From positions 2,480,001 through 2,544,000 of the forward strand of contig OZ116704.1 in the NCBI GenBank assembly GCA_964199315.1: DNA of 64,000 bases, given 5' to 3'. The stretch's first letter is position 1. Each line of letters opens with the position of its first letter. This DNA comes from Orbicella franksi (taxonomy: Eukaryota). The translations under genes were made by a program, and so were the position numbers. Of the stretch, positions 11,301 to 21,437 are shown piece by piece. The notes under the pieces are model-generated. The model ran no database searches. It saw only the letters and a program-made list of their open reading frames with translations, and was not told where the DNA came from.

Positions 11301-14300
11301 GACATTCATTACCATGAAACATGTAGAGGTTAAAAGAGGCTCCAAACTTGAGAATTTCCTCCATGGTGTCAGCTACTGCTTTAACATCTTTGACACTATG
11401 TTGTCTACCCCATTGATCAAACCAGCCTAACCAGTATTCCATTACCATTACAGGTTTGTCAGGCTTCACAATTTAAACAAAGAAAGGAAATGATTAAACA
11501 GAGTTAACTTCATTTAGACAGTGTAAATCTACTAGCGTTCTATAACGAATGCTGTTCTCTGATTGGCTACGCTACTCACTATCTATCCTGAGATAGAGAG
11601 TAGCAAAGCAGTGTGCGCTTGTTAACAAAATGACAGTGTCTGTAAAGAGGATTTAGATAAGGTTTTGAACGACTAGTAGATTTGTACTAAAACAATTACA
11701 TTATTCGCTCTTGATTGCTAGGTGTTATAGTTGACGAGGGCTGCGCCCTCGTCAACTATCACGCGATAGAAATCTTCAGCTCATGATCTAATTGTTTAGT
11801 AGCAGACTTTAGAGTATTCTGGAATCATGGAGATCATGAGGCAATTATTTGTGGGAGTAAATTTATATAAAAGGATAATGCTGCACAATGGACAAGTGTT
11901 CCATCCAGGGGGAGTAAAATACTTCTAGTTCCTTAATGCTACAGAAACATTGGCCTGATCCAGGCCTAACCTCCTTAATGGTAGCTGGAGAAGATTACTA
12001 GTAACTTACCATTTAATCAGTGAGAGATTTAACACTACATGAAACTATGCCTACTGTACCTGTGTTTCCTTTAACTCTGTCAGTCTTACTTTTGCATCTT
12101 TTTCAACTCCAAAGTTGATTGTTTTTAACACTGTAGTTTAAAAATATCAAAAATGTTAAACATGTTAATAAATAAGTTAATATTTTGTAGCACACCACAC
12201 ATTTTAATTTAATGTAAATTACATTTATTTAAAGTTGACAGTTACTTGTGATAATTAATACACTGTTTGTGGCCAGTCTTACACAGCTCGTCTTGTCCCG
12301 GGCAAGGGCCTCATCAGAGACCTTTCTGCTTAGCAAATTCGTTGGGCATTGTGCCCAAAGTCCCCTTCGCTAACAAAATGATGATAGTAATCTCGCCTTA
12401 TAACGCATACAGATTCCCGACCACACAAATTCACGATGTAAAGTTGACAGTTACTTGTGATAATACATTGTTCATGGCTAGTCTTACGCAGCTTATTTAA
12501 CAAATTTATAATATTAAATGTAACATACCATTTTGCAGTGAAGGAAGTTTTTTTTGCATTCCCCAATAATTATCTGATGTAAAAAGTAATTCTGTTATAC
12601 CTCCATTGATCATTACCTACATGTATATAAACACAAAAATAAGTAACACAGAGTTCTACTAATGCTATAGAACATTACAACCAAATGGAACATTAGGCAT
12701 AGTCACCCATGTTATTAACTAAAGATACAAAATGTGCCACAAAATGTATTTGGAATTTCTTATTTGCCATGTATCAGGTCATATAAATCCTCTGCAGCCA
12801 CTTTAAATAATCATACTTATCTTACATGTAGTTCATGTGCAGTTAGTAAAATAATAAGGCACAAGAATGTTGTCTTAATATTGTTGTTGCTGCCCGGAGA
12901 GGGGTGACTTTACAAAGGTTTATATGGCAAGGCTCTGCCCTGAGGTCCAACCCGTTTCCCTTTTGTATACCAATTTAACAGAAAAGGTACCACTTTCGTA
13001 TATGTACCTTTTGTTGAAAAACAAGTACCCCTTTCACATACCTATTTACATGTAAGAACATTGCATCTCTATTCTAAACCCCTGAAATGACTTAAATTAT
13101 GTAGAGCTTAATAAATTATTACAGTCTGATACTACAGTATCATTCACTATTAAAAGCATCCGTTAGAAATATTTTAATTAAAATCTCTTTTAAGTACCTA
13201 AATAAGAGATTTCCCTACCCTTTCATATAGCTCAACTTGTAAAATCCTTACCCTTTAATATACCTGAAGCCTGAAAAAAGTACCCCTTTCGGTTGGAGGC
13301 TCCCCATATAGGCCATTATAGGGAGTATGCCCCTCCCCCAGGAGTTGCTATAATAATAATTATTATAGTTGCCCTAAGAACTCAAGGCCTTTTGAATTTG
13401 GGTAGCAGAGGTATTTGTAGGAGTCCTGTACTGTACAATATACATATACATTCTGGCTGGAAGTTTAATTTATTAGATTTAATAACTTGTATTAAGTAAC
13501 ATTACACTAACAACCAGATTGCTGGCCCATGCGAATATAATTTAATGATTTAACAATTTGTTATGAAATGCAAGGACTTAGATTTCCAGGTACTAACCAT
13601 TTTGAGGTGCTTTAGATATGCGACATCTGCACCTGGATAGCTGCCATACTCATTCTCTATCTGAAATGCTATTATTGGACCACCCTTGGAATACTAGTGC
13701 AGGTAAACAAAATAAAAAAATGTCAACTTAGGGACCGTTCATTTTTTATCAGGTAGAGGGGGCTGGTGGGATTTGGGGGGGGGGCCATGCAAAAAAAATG
13801 GCTTTTGAGGGGGGGCCATCCCAAAAAAATAAGGGAAAAAGGGGGGGTCACATGAAATATTTTAGTAAAACTTTAAAATGGCATAATGTTTGAATATCAA
13901 AAAAATTGCTATAGAATAAACATAGAAGGCAGGATACAAATTTATCACAAACTTTCCTTCTGCTTTTAAAAAACGTTTGGCGACAAAAAGCATTTGTAGC
14001 TACTGAAAAGAAGTATTTAACACTGTTATTTTCGAATGCAACTTTCACTGGCACTCATCTTCATCTTCGCTGTCGTCAAGTTCTTCGTCGCCGCTTGTGC
14101 TGCCATGGGAGTCTCTTTCACCGATGCTGCAAGAAGCAGCAATGCTTTCCGTCAGAGTGTACTCTTCAGGGTACATGAAGGTGTAAACATAATCTCTGAC
14201 TTCCTGCTCAAGGTTGGTGGTGATTCTGCTTCTTGCAGCATTGGTGAAATAATTCCCTTCCAAGAGCTATGCAATGTATGGCCCATCTCTTCTAAATAAC

Positions 14301-17300
14301 GACGTGGCAACATCCTCAACTTTAATACACTCTTCCGGGATGGCCGTTCTAGGAGGGTACACAAGGCATTGTGGAAGATCATTTCCTAGCGGGTTTCCAA
14401 CACAGATTCCATAAACTCGTTGGACATTGTTTTCAGTCCGCTTCCTCTTTCTTTGATTGGACTTTCTGCGGTTTTCTTTTTTCCTTCTCCTTTTGTTGAT
14501 GTGCTGTTTGAGTGTGCCCTTGAATATGCTGTTATAATTGCTCTTATTTTCTAGTGCTTCAATGTCCTGCGTGACCTTCCTCAACTTAGCTTCTACACAT
14601 TTGATCTGTTTTACATTAAAACTGTGGGCATTCATCAATTCAGATGAGGGAGATGCCAATGAGAGGCCAAATGCCACACGCTCAGGGCGAGCCATCACTA
14701 GGAGATCCGAAATTGACTTCTCTTTCTTTTGATTTGTTTTTCAAACAACAGCTCTCTGTAGTATAGGTATTGTAAATATTGTCTTCACAGTGAACACAAA
14801 ACGTGAAGTAGGGGGATAATAGAGAAATATTAAAAAAGTTGAAATCTAAATATTGTTTGTTCAATTTTTTTTTTTTGGGGGGGGGGGTCATCCCAAAAAA
14901 TGACCGCTATAAGGGGGGGCCACATGAAAAAATTGGTAAGCTGAGGGGGGGTCATGCGATTTTCAAATGGTCCTTCCCAAATCCCACCAGCCCCCCCTCC
15001 CTCATAAAAAATGAACGGTCCCTTAACAGGTTTGTACTTTGACAAGCTCCCCTTGTCTCTTAGCTAGTCTGAAACTTGAAAAACAATCTCACAGTTTCAT
15101 CCAATTTAATCATGTTGGTCTGTTTTAAATCCAACATGACTTGTATCAATTGTTAGTATATAGAGGATATTTTTTACTTGAGTGGCAAGAACAATGTCTC
15201 ACGAGAACAATATCTCATGAGTTGAGCTGCGCTCACTCGTGAGATATTGTTCTTGCTACAAGAACATAAAATTCATATCTTTGAGGCAACATGTAATGTT
15301 CTTTTTATTACACAGACATACAGATGACGGCGTTTTTGATGATTTTCTGAAGATTTCCAATTACTTTCTAAAGATTCTCCTAAACTTGTCCGAAGGTCAC
15401 ACCAACGTTGCCAAACATTTTCCGAAGATTTCCAAAGATTTCGAAAGATTGCCAAAGACTTTCGACGAAGACCCAAAGATGTTTCAATGTACCAATGAAT
15501 TGAAAAAGAATTTTAGAGACAAACTTGATATCAGTGAAATCATCGATATCTTCACTAGTGAGGATATAGAAAGTATGCCACTCGAGTCCTGGATGTGGTT
15601 TCGTATGCATTTTACAAGCGGTGTATTTTCCAGTAAAATACTCATGTCTATATAATGAACATTCATATGCTTCTATTTTTGGGTTGGGGATGATTTGCTT
15701 TGATTGAGTGTCTCCTTCCAGCCTGAAGATAGTTTTCATTTTATAAAATCTACTTTTAATTTTTAATTTATTCAGACTACATTGTCTTCCCATCTTCTGT
15801 CTGCCAGGAATTTGAACAATGTATAGAGAAGGATAATAAGGGAGTCATTTAAAAATAAAAGGTCAAAAGATTTGTACATTACCTGTAAAGGAGTAACAAT
15901 TGGTAAAAGTGCCTTTAAATACTGATCACCAGCCTGGACGAATGGAGGATACATTGATCTTGGTTTCATGTGAGGATCACTTAACAGCCAGCTTTGAACA
16001 GTAAGATAAGAAGTAAGTCAGATAACACAGGGATATAAGTGTACATGAATGTTGGACCTTCCTTGACTTCACCCCCAACCTCTCCCTCTCTCTCTCTCTC
16101 CCTCTCCCTTTGCACATTTAATTTGAACAGTAAAGATAACACAGAGATATAAGTGTACATCAATCTTGGACCAAGTTTGAGTGGGAAATAAAGAGGTCTT
16201 ATGGTTAGTGTGTTGGACTCCAGACCGAATGGTCCAGATTCGAGTCCTGGTAGGGTCATTGTGCTATCTCCTTGGATAAGACACTTAATACAGTAGTTTG
16301 TCTCTCCACCCAGGTGTTTAAATGGGTGAATTTAATGCTCTGGATAATCCCTGTGATGGACTAACTAGCATCACATTCAGGGAGGAGTAGAAATAATCCT
16401 ATTTGCTGAACCAGAGACAAGAGCAAGCCAGATGGGCCAATAAGGTTTGACTGCAGACTTTACCTTATCACAGAGTTTGAATGTGTCTGTTGTGCTTCAT
16501 GTACAAGTCAAACAATGCAATGCATTCTTATATAGGGTACATAATGGGTAACAGGTAAACAGTAACAGGCAAACAGTTAAGGGTTTACAAAGGGTAATCT
16601 CTTAATAAATATTTGTACTGTGCTTCCATTGCCATTATTGAGAGATACCTGTATACAAGACAACTAGAGTGTTCTTCTGGCCTTGGCCAACCATGCCAGT
16701 GAGCCTAAATAGAAGTATGTACTTTAAAAACAATTAACCGGCTACTAACCTACTGTTCAGCTGTTACCTGTAAAAAGTACACGTAAATGTTACTCCACTA
16801 CCACATAATTATCTATTCTAAATTTTTCCTTACCTTGGCAGTCCGCCAAAATCCCATTCAGAACAAATGTAGGGTCCAGGTCGTAAAATAACATACAGAC
16901 CAAAATCTTGTGCTAACTCGATAAAAGCCCTTTAAAACAAAACACACAAGAGAACAGCAGATTTAGCTGATAATTTCCCAAATAATGTAAGCTTCTCTTG
17001 ATGCTAATAGACTAAAAAAATTTGAAACAGTAGAAAAATGCAAACGAAATACTTCTTTCAAAAACCATAAACACTACAGGGGAGTCCAAAACATGACAGA
17101 AATGGAAGTTTATTAGCGCTGCACAAACCATATGCATATTACTGAGATGTGAACGAGACTGATAGAAGTAAATTTGTGGGTCACATGTAGCTTGAGTGAG
17201 CATAAAGATACTTCATGTACAGTTACTATATGACTGAGATAAAGATCTGTTTACAAGGTATATCGGAGATCTCCCTGTCAAAGATTAAGAAAGGTAAGAA

Positions 17301-18980
17301 TCAGAGAAAACACTATGACCAAGTCACTCCAAAGCCGTACTTCATGCGTGCAATTAAGGTATCTAGGAAAAACTATTCATTTGGTAAAAGGACAAGAAAT
17401 CTTACAGCACCAAAGGATAGCCAGAGAATAACAGAGAATTTAAATAGTGTATCTCAGACTCTACAGATTATGGCTATACCGACCAGATGGTCATTAGTCT
17501 ATTATAAAATATCTGTACTTATTCTGCCACAAATAAGAAGACAATTTTGTGGTCCATTTTGAACTCTGGACTGCTATAAACTTTTAGTTCACTAATACCT
17601 CTTACTTTATGTCCAAGTTTCCATCAAACTTGAATTCACCCTTTACCTCCTCATGTAAGTTCCATGCTACATACCTGTATTGATGCAAGATTAGAAAGTC
17701 AGCCCTGTTGAAACTACAAAATAACAACCCATCTTATAACGCAAACTAGCTAGAGTGTAGCTGCTCAACTTCTGTCATAAGGAATCAGTTATTGCATTAC
17801 CGTTACTGGCAACTTGATAATGTGTAGTTCCAGAAAATATCCATGCCTCCTCCAATTTCAGTAGCTTTTTAAGGATCCCCCGCCCCCTCTCGAAATTTCA
17901 ATTAAACTTCACACATTAATTTCTTTGAATTTTTTGGTCTTACCAAACTCCTCCACCCCTAGGAAATTCCAATCCCCTCTATGGGAGAGTATATGGATAT
18001 TTTTAGGAACAGCAGAATCCTGATTTCTCAAACACTCAATTTTTTGCGATGCTTGATTAGTCGAAGCAAATTTTTTTTCCCTCAGCAAAACTGTTGGGAG
18101 AAATTTCCACTTTATTTTGCAGACCTCCCCATTCCCTGTGTTTGAAAAATTGGAAATCCATTGCATCGACAAGTTTGAAATCAAATGCATATAAAGCTCA
18201 AGGAAATCTTCGCCTATATCACTGAATATAAACATATGTTTATAATTTAAGTTGCTGTCTCCCCTTGTCTCTTAGCCTGCTAGATGATTGCTGTCATATT
18301 AATGATGAGGGGTTTGAGATCAAAAGTTACTATAACCCCCGGGACTCAGCAAAGAGAGTATCCATACTCAACAAAGTTAACTTAAACTAACTAAAAACTA
18401 ATTTGAGTTGACAACAATTAAGTTAAAAAGTTTTCAATGAGGTGCACTTTAGGTATTTAACAACGTCGTCACAGAATCTAGTATATTTTTGCTTTACAAG
18501 AAAATTAAAAGACGTAAATAAACAACTACTGTGTACAATCAACAGGTTATAAATTAATTTCACACAGTTAAATCTTGAACTAAACCCTACATACAGGTGA
18601 GGTGTTCAAAGTAATTAATACTTCACTTCAACAGATTCAATTTAAGTAAACGAAAATTTTACTCACGTTTCAACGGTATTTAATCCCATGGCTTTGAGTT
18701 TTAGCAATCTATCTTTCCAATACTCTGGAACAACTCTAAAGTAATGTATTGCCCCACTGAGGATTCGAAAGGGCTTTCCATCAAGGAAAAATTCCTTCTC
18801 TCCTAAAGTTAAACCACCTCTAGATATTCTCTCCTTGCTATTGTCTTTTAAGTTTGAAAAATCGCCACCGTTAGGTTTTCTTTCAAGGAGCACATAACCG
18901 ATGAAACATACGATAGCGATTGTCAGCAGTAACAGTTGTTGTTTGCTGATCTGTGGTAAGCGAAAGGTGAAAATTCGCAT
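5394..18980 (-). CDS. GLB1L2: Beta-galactosidase-1-like protein (glycoside hydrolase family 35), 17 coding exons
   Basis: Hand-spliced exons (minus): 18667-18980, 17606-17674, 16834-16929, 15883-15991, 13598-13693, 12529-12616, 12060-12130, 11313-11463, 10807-10869, 10382-10477, 10059-10106, 9175-9227, 8327-8476, 7313-7511, 6723-6810, 6073-6313, 5394-5468; phases are consistent. GH35 motifs: [66 protein letters not shown] (acid/base Glu), [12 protein letters not shown] (nucleophile Glu), [53 protein letters not shown]-terminal hydrophobic stretch [17 protein letters not shown] suggests a signal peptide or anchor. GLB1L2 versus GLB1L3 orthology cannot be resolved by eye. Confidence 0.93.
5575..5985. 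repeat. Dispersed repeat (GGGGGGTACTCCCAGAAAAA...ACCCTATTT family) in the last GLB1L intron
   Basis: G-run start followed by repeated ACCCTATTT motifs. Family assignment is from recall. Confidence 0.45.
8689..8984. mobile_element. MITE with ~52-bp TIRs
   Basis: GATATTGCTTGCAAAAACCACACAATGTGTTTGAAATTCATATTATA is inverted at ~8940-8984. Confidence 0.75.
11530..11810. repeat. Dispersed repeat with an internal palindrome
   Basis: ATAGTTGACGAGGGCTGCGCCCTCGTCAACTAT hairpin at ~11727-11759. Confidence 0.45.
12230..12493 (-). mobile_element. Retrozyme-like ~205-bp unit with ~55-bp terminal direct repeats and a degenerate type I hammerhead ribozyme
   Basis: Direct repeats at 12231-12288 and 12440-12493. 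The minus strand at 12275-12322 reads GGTCT-CTGATGA-GGCCC-TTGCCC-GGGAC-AAGAC-GAGCTGT-GTA-AGACT: stem I, CUGAUGA core, stem II, mutated GAAAC, GUA cleavage triplet. Confidence 0.6.
12893..13342. repeat. Dispersed repeat (CCCGGAGAGGGGTGACTT...AGGGAGTATGCCCCTCCCCC)
   Basis: GC-rich ends and repeated GTACCC/ACCCTT motifs, similar in style to 5575-5985. Confidence 0.4.
13731..15022. mobile_element. Non-autonomous PIF/Harbinger-like DNA transposon carrying an interrupted ORF
   Basis: TIRs GGGACCGTTCATTTTTTAT..GGGGGCTGGTGGGATTTGGG at both ends, with TTA on both flanks. Confidence 0.8.
14045..14698 (-). pseudogene. Interrupted ~217-codon ORF inside the Harbinger-like element (coiled-coil, basic NLS-like stretch, acidic tail)
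   Basis: ORFs 14267-14698 and 14045-14263 are in the same frame, separated by one TAG (14267-14269). Contains [19 protein letters not shown] and ends [14 protein letters not shown]. No DDE transposase motifs recognised. Confidence 0.55.
15157..15655. repeat. Composite dispersed repeat(s) with low-complexity GAAGATTTCC tracts
   Basis: Inverted ends TATATAGA / TCTATATA and an internal AAGAACAAT.TCTCACGAG / CTCGTGAGATATTGTTCTT inversion. Confidence 0.45.
16195..16460 (+). mobile_element. Degenerate tRNA-derived SINE
   Basis: tRNA-like head (TGGTTAGTGTGTTGGACTCC...GATTCGAGTCCTGG, A/B boxes) followed by core AAGACACTT..CTCTCCACCCAGGTGT..AAATGGGT. Related fragments lie at ~11885-11965 and ~61120-61275. 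Confidence 0.7.
17821..18013. mobile_element. Short MITE
   Basis: TIRs GTTCCAGAAAATATCCAT / ATGGATATTTTTAGGAAC with GC-rich subterminal inversions. Confidence 0.6.
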
Positions 18981-19219
18981 CTTTGTCGACTCAGCTCACC
19001 AAACTTTACAGAAGTATTATTCTTCAGTTCGCCTGGTCCTAACAGCGTACTCCCTGCAGGCTGCTGGCACCCGGGTAAAATAAGAAGTCGATATTACTTC
19101 GGCGATTACTAAGATAGCTTTATGTAAAGAAATGTTTCTGGTTTGCCAACAGGTACTTTTTTGGGAACTGGGGACTAACAATGCCATCTGAAGCAGGGTA
19201 GGGGGGGGGGGGGGGGGTT

Positions 19220-19470
19220 AAACTGGCACAGTTATAAACGGGCCCATTTCTCGAAAGTCCCGGGAACTTTTTCGGGCCCGCAAAGCCATTTTTGGTTAAT
19301 CTGTATCTAAAAATAGAGAGGTGTATACACCTGAAACTTCTTGTGTGAAGGAAACCTCTGTTGATATTACAAATATGTGAATAAAACAGCTTTGTAATCA
19401 TAACGCTTGACATTTTGCCACGGCTTCCCGGGTGCGAAAACTTCCGGGGACCTTCGAGAAACAGGCCCCA
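19220..19470. mobile_element. MITE upstream of GLB1L
   Basis: TIRs GGGCCCATTTCTCGAAAGTCCCG / CGGGGACCTTCGAGAAACAGGCCC. Confidence 0.65.
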
Positions 19471-19519
19471 GCTAGTCCGCAATACTCCCGTCCCCACACG
19501 GCTGCTCATACACCAGGCG

Positions 19520-19760
19520 TAGTCAATCGATAAACATCTATATCGGGAATCAATTGATTCAATCGATATCAATCACCGATAGCCTGCGAGTAGGCTCTCG
19601 TCATTGGTGGCACGAACAAGGCTCGCTCACTCGCTGACTGACTGATCTCTCGCAAGAGCCTGCTCGGAGGCTAAATCGCCGATTGCTATCGATTGATATC
19701 GGCAATCGATAACAATCGAACCCACAGAACAATCCGCTTATCGATTGCTATCGATTTGCA
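19520..19760. repeat. ATCGAT-rich repeat with a nested tiny TA-flanked MITE (~19579-19673)
   Basis: Repeated ATCGATT/ATCGATA motifs. Nested TAGCCTGCGAGTAGGCTCT / AGAGCCTGCTCGGAGGCTA inversion. Confidence 0.55.
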
Positions 19761-19848
19761 AAAAGCATACAAAATGATTTTTTTTTTTCAAGTCTGGTTT
19801 TGAAGCTAACGAACTGGTTACAACGTTTACAAGCTGGTCTTCAAGTTA

Positions 19849-19988
19849 NNNNNNNNNNNNNNNNNNNNNNNNNNNNNNNNNNNNNNNNNNNNNNNNNNNN
19901 NNNNNNNNNNNNNNNNNNNNNNNNNNNNNNNNNNNNNNNNNNNNNNNNNNNNNNNNNNNNNNNNNNNNNNNNNNNNNNNNNNNNNNNN
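19849..19988. other. Assembly gap (140 N)
   Basis: Run of N. Confidence 1.
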
Positions 19989-21369
19989 TTTGCTTAGAGT
20001 CCTTAGGGCCGAGACCAAACCATGGTCCTGGGGCACTAGGGGATAGCCAGTTTTTAGCTTGATAGCACCCTCCTCAAAATGTGTGCTGTACCTAGCAAGG
20101 TTATCTTTTGTAGTTCACTGATGCTTAATTGGCCGGGAATTCTTCCAAGATAAGTTTCTAGTCCCTTTTTGATAGCTCCAAGTGCTCCAATGATAACTGG
20201 TATCGTTTCCGTTCTCATGCCCCACATTCGGCTTGTTTCGATTTCCAAGTCCTTATATTTGGATAGTTTTTCACTGACTTTCACGGATGTGTTTCTGTCT
20301 GATGGTACTGCCATGTCAATAAATTTACAGGTTTTCGTTTTGTGGTCTTTAATCACTATATCGGGTCTGTTGGCTGTTATTTTCCTGTCTGTGTGTATTG
20401 GCATGTCCCATAATATCGTGACATCCTCGTTTTCTGTAACTGTTTGCGGCTCATGGTCATACCACTTTTCTGATGTCTTTATATTATAGTTGTGACAGAC
20501 TTTCCAATGTATATACGCGGCTGCTTTATCGTGTCTGTGGGTATATTCTGTTTTCGCAAGTTCAGGACACCCAGACACGATATGGTCAATTGTTTCGTCG
20601 TATTTGTTACACATCCTGCATAGGGGGCTAGTACCATCTTTGATAATGCTGGCGTGGTATGATCTGGTAGCTAGGCTTTGGTCTTGGGCTGCGATCATGA
20701 ATCCTTCCGTTTCTGCCTTCAGTCCACTGCTTTTGAGCCACTGGTTGGTTTTGTGGTGGTCAACATCTGCCTCCTTTATTCTCTTTGGGTATCTTCCATG
20801 TAGGGCTTTGTTCTCCCACTGCTTTGTTAATTTTTCTTGGGTCTTATTTCGTGCCATTTGTTTGGTTCTCTTTGCATATTTGGTGGTTGTTTCTTCTGCT
20901 TGTTTATCTGGTATTGTTAGGTCTAGTTCTTGTTTGAATTGTTCTGCTTGCCTTTGTATAGAGTACAATTTCTTTCTGCCATCATGTTCTTGCACTAGTT
21001 CGATTAGGGCATCATCAGTGTTCTTTAGGTATGTATCGAGCCCTATCGTGGTTGTTTTGTAGGAGGCTTCTAATTGGATAAGACCCCTACCACCAGCATT
21101 TCTTGGGAGGTAGAGTCTGTCTACATCTGCTTTTGTGTGATGCATTTTTGATAGGGTGAGTAGTTTTCTTGTTTTTGTGTCTAACCTCTTGATTTCACTC
21201 ATCTTCCAGTCGATTATGTTAAAACTGTAGGTCACCACTGGGATAGCTAAGGTGTTGATTGCCTCAAATCTATTGGCAGCATTGAGCTCCGTTTTTAGGA
21301 CCATCCTCACTCTGCGGTAGTATTCCTTCCTCACTCTTTCTTTCATCTTGGCATGCTGTATACCATCAC
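19989..21369 (-). mobile_element. 5'-truncated non-LTR retrotransposon with restriction-like endonuclease (R4/Dong-like); ORF 20054-21346, 430 aa
   Basis: Post-RT region (AINTLAIPVVTYSF, RLYLPRNAGGRGL), CCHC finger CRMCNKYDETIDHIVSGC, RHD, and PD..D..K RLE motifs (RPDIVIKD..IDMAVP..EKLSKY). The ORF is uninterrupted. The truncated 5' end abuts (TAA)n and the 3' UTR runs into the gap. Confidence 0.9.

Positions 21370-21435
<66 letters not shown>
21370..21435. repeat. (ATT)n microsatellite, ~21 units
   Basis: Direct read. Confidence 0.98.

Positions 21436-21437
<2 letters not shown>

Noticed and set aside
12290-12440. Intronic H/ACA or C/D snoRNA
   Set aside because: AGATTA and ACA-like boxes exist, but the spacing is poor and the flanking direct repeats plus hammerhead geometry explain the segment better.
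15239-15793. 137-138 aa ORFs on both strands
   Set aside because: They lie within a low-complexity dispersed repeat inside a GLB1L intron.
15994-16172. Duplicated acceptor region upstream of GLB1L exon 4
   Set aside because: A local ~55-bp duplication whose second copy lacks the terminal AG, so no alternative acceptor is created.
16195-16265. tRNA gene
   Set aside because: The cloverleaf is degenerate and continues into a SINE core, so it is a tRNA-derived SINE head.
20169-21062. Plus-strand hydrophobic ORFs (106 and 152 aa)
   Set aside because: Antisense shadows of the retrotransposon ORF.
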